Made by a program: the position numbers and the translations under genes. Under the pieces are notes generated by a model. The model saw only the letters and a program-made list of their open reading frames with translations, was not told where the DNA came from and did no database searches. A DNA stretch of 64,000 nt from Gammaproteobacteria bacterium (GTDB lineage: Bacteria; Pseudomonadota; Gammaproteobacteria; Ga0077536). The number at the start of each line of letters is the position of its first letter. The first letter of the stretch is position 1. Of the stretch, positions 49,218 to 58,242 are shown one piece after another. The stretch lies in assembly GCA_038116745.1 (NCBI GenBank), contig JAYODW010000004.1:50408-114407 (forward strand), read 5' to 3'.

Positions 49218-51463
49218 GATGTAGTCCCGTGGGAATCGTCAGCGTTGAAAGATGAGTTTTTTCGCGCGCGATACTCGGCCGCGGACAGCGCCGCCTGGTA
49301 GCGCGCATAGGCCGCCTTGCGATCCGGTGGGGCCGCTGCAGCGGCGTCGAAGGTCGGCGCGAGGTCCGGGGGGTAGCAGCCGAGCTTCTGCTCTGAGGCC
49401 CCCATCGGCGCGCGGAACACCAGCTCGCGCACGTTCGTCCGGCGCGCTTCGATAACCTGACCGTTTTCGTCGCTGTCTAGATCCCACCACCATTTCTTCA
49501 GCGGGTTGATACGCCCATTTCCGACCCGGTCGTCGAGCGCTGCAATCCAGCCGCGCGTGAACGGCAGGTGCATCGCGGACCACAGAAAGGGCCGCTCCGC
49601 GAGCACGCCTTCGATGTTCCACGGGCAGGTTTTCATACAGCGCCCGCACATCGAGCCGGCGGCATTGGTAATGCGGTAACGCGCGCATTTTTCGACGTCG
49701 GGCTTCCACATCTCGTAGCCGTTGAACATGATCTTGTCGCCGAAAGGGATCGCCGCACAGGGACATTCGCGCGCGCATTTGCTGCACTTGTTACAGAAAT
49801 CCTGCAGGCCGAAGTCGATCGGTTGATCCACCGCCAACGGCAGGTCGGTGGTGATGATCCCGGACTTGAAACGCGGCCCGACGAACGGGTTCAGCACCAG
49901 CTCGCCGATCCTCGAGAGCTCGCCCAGGCCGGAATTGAGGATCAGCGGAATGTGCAGTACATCCTGGTCCATCACCGAATGCCCGCGTGCGCCATAGCCG
50001 AGACGCCGGATCTGGGAGCCGACCACGCCGCCGAGCAGCTGCGCGCGCATGTAGGCGCGCATCGATTGCGCGCCCGAGATCCAGTCGTCACCGCTCGCGC
50101 CCTCCATGGTTTCGTAACCCTGGTCGATCAGGATCACGATGGCATAGCGGTGATACGGCTCGATGGGAGAACCGTCGGTGTCGTGGGAGTACCAGGCATA
50201 GTCGGGCACGCGACAGATCCCGACCATGTCCGCCCCCAGGTAATACAGCGCCGCCTTGACGAGTTCTGCATTGCGCTTCGGATCGTCATAGCCCGGCGTC
50301 CGCTCCGGCGCCGTCTCACCGTATTGCAGCGGCACCATCCCGCCCAGCACCGGCACCATGGCGTGGCCGAACGGGGATTTGGTGATCATGCGAAAACCTT
50401 TCAGCTCACGCTGCGCCTTCTCTCCCAGGTCGCCCATGGCGGCGCGGATAAACATATCGTGGCGCTTGGGCACCCGCGGCACCGCCTGTTCATCCACCAG
50501 GGTGGTGGGCTCGGCCACTCGCTTCACGCGCTCCATGGGATACCGCCCGAGGTGATAGTCGCGCCCGCGGTATGGCTCGCCGGCATATCCGGGGCGCGCG
50601 CCGCCCCAGCCCAGCCACCATTTGAATCCGCGCGCCGATCCACTGCCGGCGGCCAGCGGACCGGCATCCTCCAGCGCAAGCGTGGTGCTCACCGCGACCA
50701 GTCCGAACCGCCGGCCGACAAAAGGGTTCCCGGATCCGCCGTCACGTTGTTCAGCAAGTCCGGCCGCCAGCGCCAGCGCGTCAAGATCAAGCTCAGCCGC
50801 GGTCACGGTATGCAGCCGCGCGTCGAAACCCAGCATGCGCAGGTAGTTGGCCATGACCGCTCCGACCTCGGCACCGCGCAGTGCGGCGCGGGCGGCCTGC
50901 ATGTCGAGGATCCAGTCGGCGCCGGGCTCATCGGCGCGCGGGTCGCGCGGGTACTCAGTCAGGATGACCAGCGCGAACGGATGCTCGCAGCGCTCCTCTT
51001 CAACCGCGGACCGCGCCCAGGCTTCGCGTCCCTCGGCCACCACGTTCTCGGCCATCCGGTTGTCCGCCGCGCCTGGGGCGTAGGTGCGCGCCTGCTCCTC
51101 GGCCAGCGACACATTGGTGACGGGGACAGTGAGACGGGCGGCCTCCGGGACCCGACAGGTGGCTGCCATACTCGCATCCAGGTAATAGCAACCGCCCTGC
51201 AGGTGACGGCTGCGCTCCAGCGGCGAGTCCGGGATGGGCGCCACTGCGGGCGCCACCGGTCCGTTGCGCATCCGGTCCATGAGATCGATGTAGTCGCGCA
51301 GCACGTTGCGCAGGGAGCCGGGGCGCTGCGGCGCCTCCAGCTCGAAGGGAGCGGCAGGCGACCCCGTCGGCGGCACAGCCGCACCCGCGGCGCGTGGAAG
51401 TCGCTCCAAAGGAAAGCTACCGGCCCAGGCCGGACGTCGACGATGGGAGAACAGACGAACCAT
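49214..51463 (-). CDS. reductive dehalogenase homolog (cytoplasmic, NpRdhA/BhbA-like 'catabolic' type), cobalamin + 2x[4Fe-4S]
   Basis: C-terminal CNKCSKCARECP (CxxCxxCxxxCP) and CARYRITNAAGSMCGRCMKTCP ferredoxin-type motifs. About 750 aa with no TAT signal. The 4-nt overlap with the downstream LLM gene suggests an operon. Confidence 0.7.
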   Translation of the reverse strand: MVRLFSHRRRPAWAGSFPLERLPRAAGAAVPPTGSPAAPFELEAPQRPGSLRNVLRDYIDLMDRMRNGPVAPAVAPIPDSPLERSRHLQGGCYYLDASMAATCRVPEAARLTVPVTNVSLAEEQARTYAPGAADNRMAENVVAEGREAWARSAVEEERCEHPFALVILTEYPRDPRADEPGADWILDMQAARAALRGAEVGAVMANYLRMLGFDARLHTVTAAELDLDALALAAGLAEQRDGGSGNPFVGRRFGLVAVSTTLALEDAGPLAAGSGSARGFKWWLGWGGARPGYAGEPYRGRDYHLGRYPMERVKRVAEPTTLVDEQAVPRVPKRHDMFIRAAMGDLGEKAQRELKGFRMITKSPFGHAMVPVLGGMVPLQYGETAPERTPGYDDPKRNAELVKAALYYLGADMVGICRVPDYAWYSHDTDGSPIEPYHRYAIVILIDQGYETMEGASGDDWISGAQSMRAYMRAQLLGGVVGSQIRRLGYGARGHSVMDQDVLHIPLILNSGLGELSRIGELVLNPFVGPRFKSGIITTDLPLAVDQPIDFGLQDFCNKCSKCARECPCAAIPFGDKIMFNGYEMWKPDVEKCARYRITNAAGSMCGRCMKTCPWNIEGVLAERPFLWSAMHLPFTRGWIAALDDRVGNGRINPLKKWWWDLDSDENGQVIEARRTNVRELVFRAPMGASEQKLGCYPPDLAPTFDAAAAAPPDRKAAYARYQAALSAAEYRARKNSSFNADDSHGTTS

Positions 51464-51492
51464 GTGCAGGATCCTCCTCTCTGACGCCGGGC

Positions 51493-53100
51493 TCAGCTAC
51501 CTGGCGTCATCACCAGGTCAATGACAGCGGCGGTACCGGCCGCAAATGCGCTTTCGAGCGCGCCTTCGAATTTGCCCGTGTGCTCCACCCGGGCGCCGAA
51601 GAGCCCGAAGGTCCGCGCCATGGCCGCGAAATCGGGGTTGGTCAACTCGGTGCCCAGAGGACGTCCGGGATAATGACGGTCCTGGTGCATTTCAATCGTG
51701 CCGTAGCGGGCGTTATTGAATACCAGGATTAGCGGCCTCGCGCCGTACTTAGCCGCAGTGGCCAGCTCCATCCCCGTCATGAGCATACCGCCGTCGCCGA
51801 CGCAGCCGATCACCTGACGCTCGGGCAGCGTGAGCGCGGCGCCTATGGCGCTGGGCACACCGTGCCCCATCGCGCCGTTAACCGGACCGAGCAGACGACC
51901 AGGTCGACGGTACTGGCGGTAGCGGTGCGGCCAGACGGTGAAATTGCCGGCGTCGATCGCCACTACCGCGTCGTCGCGAAGATGGCTGTTCAGAATCTGC
52001 ATGACTGCATGCGGATCGAGCGGTTCCCTGCCGCGCTCGCGCTCGAGGCTGGCGCGATAGGCTGCATTAAGACGCTGGCACCAGGGCACGGTGTCCGCGC
52101 GCACGCCGGGTGCGGCTGCGGCCAGCGCTGCGCTCGTCGCTTCGATATCCGCCACCACCGCAATCTGTGGGGAATAATTCACACTGAGCTCGCGCGCCTG
52201 GGGGTAGACGTGGATCAGCGTGCGCTCGCGCCCGTCATTGAACAGGGTGTACCCCAGCGTCGTCGGCTCGTCGAGACGCGCGCCCAGCACCAAAACACAA
52301 TCTGCCTCGGCTGCAAGCTCTGTCGCCTCGGGATGGGCGTTGTAGCCCAGGTAGCCGGCATAGCAAGGATGCCGGTTGTCGAAACAATCCTGGCGACGGA
52401 AGGCCGTCATCACCGGAATCACATGAGCCTCGGCAAAACGCACCAGGTCGGCGACGGCGGCGTCGGTCCAGGTGCCGCCGCCGGCAATGATCAGCGGCCG
52501 CTCAGCCTGCGCCAGCGCCGCACGGATGCGACCGAGGTCGTCCGCGCCCGGGCCAGCCGCAGCCGCCGGGGCGACTCGTGGACCCGCCTGCGTGGTTGCT
52601 TCAGTCAGCACATCTTCAGGTAATGCCAGCGCCACAGGCCCCGGACGCCCGCTTTCCGCAATGCGAAACGCGCGGGCAAAAGCCGCGCCCAGGTCGTCGG
52701 CCTGCTCGATCTGCTCAACGTGCTTGACCAGCTGCGGCAGCAAGCTGGTGTAGTCCAGCTCCTGAAAGGCCTCGCGACCTAAATGGCGGCGCGACACCTG
52801 GCCGATGCCGATCACCAGCGGGATCGAAGCCTGCTGCGCGACATGCAGAGCTATCGTCGCATTGGTTGCACCCGGGCCACGGGTGACAAAGACGACGCCA
52901 GCCCGCTGCCGCAGCCGTGCATTCGCGCAGGCCATGAAGGCGGCGCCGCTTTCGTGCCGACATGAGATGTAGCGGATCTGATCCTGCGCGCCGTAAAGCC
53001 CGTCCAGTACCGCGAGATAGCTTTCGCCGGGCACGCCGAAGACGGTATCAACCCCCTGCTCCAGCAACGCCGCGACGACCTGTTCACCGCCGCTGCTCAT
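51493..53100 (-). CDS. thiamine pyrophosphate-dependent enzyme (acetolactate synthase/benzoylformate decarboxylase family)
   Basis: TPP_enzyme N/M/C architecture and GDGG TPP-binding motif (GCVGDGGMLMTG). Confidence 0.8.
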   Translation of the reverse strand: MSSGGEQVVAALLEQGVDTVFGVPGESYLAVLDGLYGAQDQIRYISCRHESGAAFMACANARLRQRAGVVFVTRGPGATNATIALHVAQQASIPLVIGIGQVSRRHLGREAFQELDYTSLLPQLVKHVEQIEQADDLGAAFARAFRIAESGRPGPVALALPEDVLTEATTQAGPRVAPAAAAGPGADDLGRIRAALAQAERPLIIAGGGTWTDAAVADLVRFAEAHVIPVMTAFRRQDCFDNRHPCYAGYLGYNAHPEATELAAEADCVLVLGARLDEPTTLGYTLFNDGRERTLIHVYPQARELSVNYSPQIAVVADIEATSAALAAAAPGVRADTVPWCQRLNAAYRASLERERGREPLDPHAVMQILNSHLRDDAVVAIDAGNFTVWPHRYRQYRRPGRLLGPVNGAMGHGVPSAIGAALTLPERQVIGCVGDGGMLMTGMELATAAKYGARPLILVFNNARYGTIEMHQDRHYPGRPLGTELTNPDFAAMARTFGLFGARVEHTGKFEGALESAFAAGTAAVIDLVMTPGS

Positions 53101-53137
53101 GGCGCTGCCCGCCGCTCAGCGCAGATGGGCGCTCGGC

Positions 53138-54109
53138 TCACGGTGCCAGAATGGGAATGCTGAGTTCAGCGCGATCCTCGAGATGCAGATGCGCCGCAGC
53201 GGCATCGGCAAGCGCAAAACGTTTGACCGGATGCGGCCGCAGAACGCCTGCATCCAGCGCCTCGAACACGCGCCCGGCGCTCAGCTCGAGCTCGGCGCGT
53301 TCGGCAACGTAATCGTTAAGACGCGGACGCGTCAGATAGAGCGATCCCAGGCGCGACAGTCCCAGCACATCGTAGGGGTCCGGCTTTCCGGAAGCGTTGC
53401 CGTAGGCAACCATGAGGCCGCGGCGACGCAGGCATTCCAGTGATTTCTCGAACGTGTCTTTCCCGACCGAGTCGTAGACCACATCCACGCCGCGTCCGCC
53501 CGTCATCGCCTTCACCTGCTCCACGAAGTCGTCCTGCTGATGCAGCAACACCTGCTCCGCTCCGGCCTCCCGCGCCGCGGCAAACTTGCTCTCGCTGCCG
53601 ACGGTGGCGATGACCCGAGCGCCCAGGTGTCGCGCCCACTGCACCATGAGCAGACCCGTGCCGCCGACCGCCGCATGGACAATGACGGTTTCATCCGGCT
53701 GCACGGCATGCAGCCGGAACAGCAGGTATTCGGCCGTCATAGCGCGGGTCAGGGTCGCGGCCACAACATCAGGATCAACGCCGTCCGGAATGCGGACCAC
53801 CTGATCCGCGCGGATCACCCGCCTTTCACAGTAGGCCCTGGCGACTGAACCGTAGGCCACCGTATCACCCTCAGCCAGCTCACTTACCCCTGGACCAAGT
53901 GCTTCAACCACCCCCACCGCCTGGTCGCCGATCACGGCCGGCAGGGGAATGGGATAAATGCCACGACGGAAATAGGTGTCGATGTAGTTGACCCCGATCC
54001 CCGTGTGACGGATGAGCACTTCGCCCGGGCCCGGGCTGCCCAGATCGATTTCGGACAGGGTCAGCTGTTCAACGCCGCCATAGGCGTGAATGACAATAGC
54101 GGGGGTCAC
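53138..54109 (-). CDS. qor: NADPH:quinone oxidoreductase (MDR/zinc-ADH superfamily)
   Basis: Qor pattern (MTPAIVIHAYGG..., AAVGGTGLLMVQWA). Confidence 0.85.
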   Translation of the reverse strand: MTPAIVIHAYGGVEQLTLSEIDLGSPGPGEVLIRHTGIGVNYIDTYFRRGIYPIPLPAVIGDQAVGVVEALGPGVSELAEGDTVAYGSVARAYCERRVIRADQVVRIPDGVDPDVVAATLTRAMTAEYLLFRLHAVQPDETVIVHAAVGGTGLLMVQWARHLGARVIATVGSESKFAAAREAGAEQVLLHQQDDFVEQVKAMTGGRGVDVVYDSVGKDTFEKSLECLRRRGLMVAYGNASGKPDPYDVLGLSRLGSLYLTRPRLNDYVAERAELELSAGRVFEALDAGVLRPHPVKRFALADAAAAHLHLEDRAELSIPILAP

Positions 54110-54177
54110 GCGTGTTCTCCGGGTGTGTGGTCAGCCGAGTATACCCGCGCGGCATGGGGCCTGATTCCCTGCAATGC
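53969..54177. repeat. direct repeat copy 1 (about 209 bp; qor 5' end + upstream region)
   Basis: About 97% identical to 55711..55919 (4-5 mismatches by eye). Confidence 0.8.
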
Positions 54178-54692
54178 CAACGCCAACAACCGTTGGGGTA
54201 CACCTCATTCGAACGGAAATCAGACGTTCACAACACGTAAATCATCTCTAGCAGCCCAGCTGCCTAGATCTTCCGAACCCATAACCAAGCCGTTCGAGAC
54301 TGGTTATAGCGGTGAGAGCTGCTCGCCGCATGAGGTCGACATCCATATCTCATGGACATTTTTCTACTACAGACCGGCTAGCTTCAGAGGGCGCGCCGCC
54401 GGACAGGCCAGTAATTGCCCAAAATGATGCGTTTCCTTTCCCGGTTCTTTCGTCCGCAGGGGGGATGGTCGAAATAGGACCTCTGTCTTGCGCCTTGCGC
54501 ATATCCGCTGAGAGGCCATCCGAAGCTTGCGAAACCTCTGCCGGACCGCCCCAGCCTCAGACATCGAAACAGAACAGGTAGGGAAGGCATCGCGGTTAGC
54601 TATTCAAAAAGCGGGGTTGTCCTTCTCAGCTTCTATCTGCGGAAGCTGGCTCACCCCCCCTAAGGGCGGGCTGTCTCAACTGCTCAGATAGC

Positions 54693-55382
54693 TTAACCGG
54701 CCAATCGCAGAGCGTAGTAGAAATGATGCGAGAAAAGCCCAAGATTCGATTCCTGAAACAGCCGCTTCCAGGGTTTCCGGGACACCGGCCTGTAAATTCT
54801 AATTAATTCGAATCCCAGTCTCCGGGACAGTTCATAGATCATAGACTCAGTCATCCATAGGACATGTTCACAGCTAGCAGTGAACATTCGCTTCCTAACG
54901 ACCCGGAAAACGTTTGTTAAACAAAAAGGGTTAGGGGTCGCGATCAGCAAAATTCCGTCGAGCTCAAGATGTCGTCTCGCAAACGCAAACAATGAGTCCA
55001 GGGAATGCACGTGCTCTATCAAATCTCCCATAAAGACGACTTGGAACTGCCTGCCCAGAAACCGATCCGATGTCGCGTCACATAGCGCCACATCAAAGCC
55101 GTCCTTCTTCAGCGCATCAACCATAGACTGAACAATATCGATCCCAAGGCAGTCCGAAGCGACTTGAACGATCTTCCTGTGCTTCCACTTGGTTGACCTA
55201 AAGCGAGGCAAATCGTGGGCCGCCGCTCCGATATCTAGGACCGACTTGCCTTCAAACAAGTGGAGTAACCCACTGAAGCCACCGGCAAGGGGTTGTGTCA
55301 AGGACTGCAGATGCCTCTGAATATCTTCGAGGACAGAAGTGTCTTTCGGATCGTCTGTTCGTGCGGTCCAGTCAATAGTCAT
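54693..55382 (-). CDS. class I SAM-dependent methyltransferase
   Basis: Motif I (VLDIGAAAHDL). GC markedly lower than flanking genes. Confidence 0.7.
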   Translation of the reverse strand: MTIDWTARTDDPKDTSVLEDIQRHLQSLTQPLAGGFSGLLHLFEGKSVLDIGAAAHDLPRFRSTKWKHRKIVQVASDCLGIDIVQSMVDALKKDGFDVALCDATSDRFLGRQFQVVFMGDLIEHVHSLDSLFAFARRHLELDGILLIATPNPFCLTNVFRVVRKRMFTASCEHVLWMTESMIYELSRRLGFELIRIYRPVSRKPWKRLFQESNLGLFSHHFYYALRLAG

Positions 55383-55578
55383 AGTCAGGAGCCTCGATAA
55401 TGCCCCCGCTCTGCTCAGGTAGTTTTGCTTCTTTCACGCTACTCACGATATTCGCAATGGAATCGCAGCCTTCCTGCTTGGATAGCATACGACCAACCTG
55501 ATGAATCACTGGATGCGGCACTGAGTTGACGAATGCTTCCCCATCTTCCAAGGCAGCGATGGGATAGCGTCCCATCAC
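55372..55578 (-). CDS. small hypothetical protein (68 aa) upstream of the methyltransferase
   Basis: Low-GC ORF overlapping the MTase start by about 10 nt. No family recognised. Confidence 0.25.
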   Translation of the reverse strand: MMGRYPIAALEDGEAFVNSVPHPVIHQVGRMLSKQEGCDSIANIVSSVKEAKLPEQSGGIIEAPDYDY

Positions 55579-55710
55579 ATGACAAGCTGCTCAATAGAAG
55601 CGTTATAGCGACTGAGGGGACGTTGCCCCCCGCTGTAGGCTCACATAACGAAATCGGGCACCTCAAGGAGCTGGTCACAGGCGGTGGGTAACAGGATAGA
55701 GCCTTGGACA

Positions 55711-55919
55711 GAAATAGGTGTCGATGTAGTTCACCCCGATCCCCGTGTGACGAATGAGCACTTCACCCGGGCCCGGGCTGCCCAGATCGATTTCGGACAG
55801 GGTCAGCTGTTCAACGCCGCCATAGGCGTGAATGACAATAGCGGGGGTCACGCGTGTTCTCCGGGTGTGTGGTCAGCCGAGTATACCCGCGCGGCAAGGG
55901 GCCTGATTCCCTACAATGC
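55711..55919. repeat. direct repeat copy 2 (about 209 bp), containing a 47-codon qor 5' fragment (55711..55851, minus)
   Basis: Duplicate of 53969..54177. Encodes MTPAIVIHAYGGVEQLTLSEIDLGSPGPGEVLIRHTGIGVNYIDTYF with no continuation. Confidence 0.8.
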
Positions 55920-55948
55920 GGGCGCCAGCAACTGCCGGAGAGCCATCC

Positions 55949-56536
55949 ATGTCAGCCACCGAGGTCCGCGTTTATTTCAACTTCCGCAGCCCCTACGGTT
56001 ACCTGGCTTCCCACAGCCTGTTTGAACGCCTCGCGCGTTATGACATCAGGCTGGGCTGGCGCTCCCTGGGGGGCTGGGACGGCCGCTCACCGCCTGACCG
56101 GGCCAAGGTCAAAATCCCACTCACGCGACAGGACGTCGCGCGCTGGTGCCGGCGCCTCAAGGTGCCCTTCAACCCGCCGCCGGTCAGCACCGATCCCACG
56201 CCGGCAGCGATGGCCTGCTTCGCCGCCGAGAGCGCCGGGCTGCTCGCGCCCTATGTGAAAGCGGTGATGTGGGAGGAATGGGCGGAAGGCCGGGATATCG
56301 GTCAAACCGAGGTGCTGCTCGATATTGCCAGCCGCATCGGCCTCGACGGCGATGTCGTCGAGCAGGCGCTGAACGATGCGTCAAACGCCGGCCGTCTGTC
56401 AGCCAACTGGGCCGAGGCGAGCGAACTCGGCGTCATCGGCGTACCGACCTTCGTCGTCGGCGACGAGATCTTCTGGGGCAATGACCGCCTCGATTTCGTC
56501 GAGGAGCATCTGGCGGGTCTCGGACTCGCGCGCTGA
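55949..56536 (+). CDS. 2-hydroxychromene-2-carboxylate isomerase / DsbA-like thioredoxin-fold protein
   Basis: HCCA-isomerase pattern (VRVYFNFRSPYGYL, GVIGVPTFVVGDEIFWGNDRL). Start ATG 55949. Confidence 0.75.
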   Translation: MSATEVRVYFNFRSPYGYLASHSLFERLARYDIRLGWRSLGGWDGRSPPDRAKVKIPLTRQDVARWCRRLKVPFNPPPVSTDPTPAAMACFAAESAGLLAPYVKAVMWEEWAEGRDIGQTEVLLDIASRIGLDGDVVEQALNDASNAGRLSANWAEASELGVIGVPTFVVGDEIFWGNDRLDFVEEHLAGLGLAR

Positions 56537-56539
56537 ACC

Positions 56540-56990
56540 GGCCCTCAGGCAAGCGCCGGCATCACCTGAGCGACGATCAGCTCGCGTGGGCGCATCAGGT
56601 CCGCATGTCTCACATCGCCGGTAGCGATCTGCGCAGGCAGATAAGTCGCGCCCGCCTGCTCAGGCTACGACAGCAGCTCATCAGCGATCCTTTGCGGCGA
56701 AACGCACACCGTCACGCCGATCTCGCGAGCGGTTTCAAAGTTGTACAGCGGACCGAGCCGGATACGGCTGGTCGCCTGAGTGACTGCAGCAAAAACACTG
56801 AAGGACAGGATCCCACTCCAAGCGGCGTGCCGTGATGTTCCGCCAGGTGGTAACCCCGATAGCCGCCGGCCTCGGCAGCCTGGATGACTTCAATACGGTC
56901 AGCCAGGGGGCGCGCGTGCCCACGGCTTCTAATCGAAGTGGTCAAAAATTCCAAACTGCACGCGTTCTCATCCTTGCTGTCGGGTGTCTT
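56540..56990 (-). pseudogene. remnant of an LLM-family monooxygenase gene (internal deletion/frameshifts)
   Basis: Minus-strand frames encode an N-terminal LLM motif (...AGGYRGYHLAEHHGTPLGV) and a C-terminal LLM motif (...VCVSPQRIADELL, compare ICGTPEQVTEQIL in 48129..49217) only about 350 bp apart. Confidence 0.45.
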
Positions 56991-58060
56991 CAGGCGCCCG
57001 TCGGACGCTTCCAGATACCGCGCTCGACCATCAGCGCAATCTGCCGCTCCGTCACCTCCCGCGCGTATTCCGCGTGGTCCATCGGCGCGCGCTCGGCATA
57101 CAGGTTTTTCGGGTAGATGGGCCGTTCGTAGATCAGCTGGATCATCTCCGTACGCAGATCCTTCATCCAGTTGGTCCACTTGGAATGCGTTCGATGGTGA
57201 CGCAACGCCTCGATGTTGACCGGACCGCAGACGCTGGTTGAGACCCCGCCATAATCCTGCCGGCCGACTACCTGACCGCGATAATCCACCAGCATGGAGT
57301 GCCCGCCAAAGGTATCGATGGGCGCTTCTGAATCGGCATCGAGATAATAGGTGCCGAGGTTCGGCGCCAGCACGTAGAAGTTGTTGTCGAGCGCACGGGC
57401 GCGGGTCTGGATCTCGAAGTAATCATTCGACGCGGCGGGGTGCGGGATCGATGCGCGGTACACCAGCTCCGCACCGTTCATTGCCAGACCGCGCGCGTGT
57501 TCCGGGTAGGACCCCTCGTTAGCCATCATGATCCCGAGCCGGCCGATAGGCGTGTCGACTACCGGCCAGAACGCATCGAGGCTGCGCCCGTAGCGTTCTA
57601 TCCACCAGTCAAACACGTCATGCGGGCACATCGAGTGCTCGACCGGATACAGGGGCGCAACCTTGTAGTGCTGCAGGATGACCGCCCCATCAGGATCGAT
57701 GATGAAGCCGACGTTGAAGAAACGCTCGGGCCAGTCGGGGTGTCGCGCCTTGGCCTGCGCCATGAGGTAGACCCCGTACTCGCGCGCGATCGCGCCCAGT
57801 GCGTCGGTTTCGGGGCCCGGGATATCGATCGCACAGGTACGCGCGTAGATCGCGTGGTCCAGATCCAGTACTTCGTCGTTGAACGCCTGCAGCGCGCCCT
57901 CGGGTAATGCGATTAGGCGCACCGGCAGGTCCAGGCCCGCAAGCCAGCAGGCGGCTTTAATCATGTGCCGCTGGTGCTCGATGTTGCGCAGGATGTCCGT
58001 CCGCTCGCGGATCCCCCACACGGTGGGGACCAGGCCAACGGCGTTATACGGTTCGATCAT
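56990..58060 (-). CDS. carbon-nitrogen hydrolase, aliphatic amidase/formamidase (AmiE/AmiF)-like, catalytic Cys replaced by Ala
   Basis: Collinear with AmiE: Glu (LIALPEG) and Lys (HYKVAPLYP) conserved. The nucleophile position IICDDGNYPE is MMANEGSYPE here. Confidence 0.75.
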   Translation of the reverse strand: MIEPYNAVGLVPTVWGIRERTDILRNIEHQRHMIKAACWLAGLDLPVRLIALPEGALQAFNDEVLDLDHAIYARTCAIDIPGPETDALGAIAREYGVYLMAQAKARHPDWPERFFNVGFIIDPDGAVILQHYKVAPLYPVEHSMCPHDVFDWWIERYGRSLDAFWPVVDTPIGRLGIMMANEGSYPEHARGLAMNGAELVYRASIPHPAASNDYFEIQTRARALDNNFYVLAPNLGTYYLDADSEAPIDTFGGHSMLVDYRGQVVGRQDYGGVSTSVCGPVNIEALRHHRTHSKWTNWMKDLRTEMIQLIYERPIYPKNLYAERAPMDHAEYAREVTERQIALMVERGIWKRPTGA

Positions 58061-58242
58061 CGTGAGATTCTCCGACTGCCGCGTGAGGTCGCAGCCCCTG
58101 GGGATGATAGCGCCCTGCCCGCCCGCGACGCGGACGCTGCCGGCGCGGTTTCGCTGAACGGCGCGATCTGCGAATCTAGCGCGCCCCGCTCATGAATCAT
58201 TACCTCGCGGAACCCGGTCGCCGGCTGCCCAAAGGAAAGCGC

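Noticed and set aside
53969-55919. Classical transposon with target-site duplication
   Set aside because: The repeats are about 209 bp and about 97% identical, far longer and more diverged than a TSD. No transposase or terminal inverted repeats were seen in the insert.
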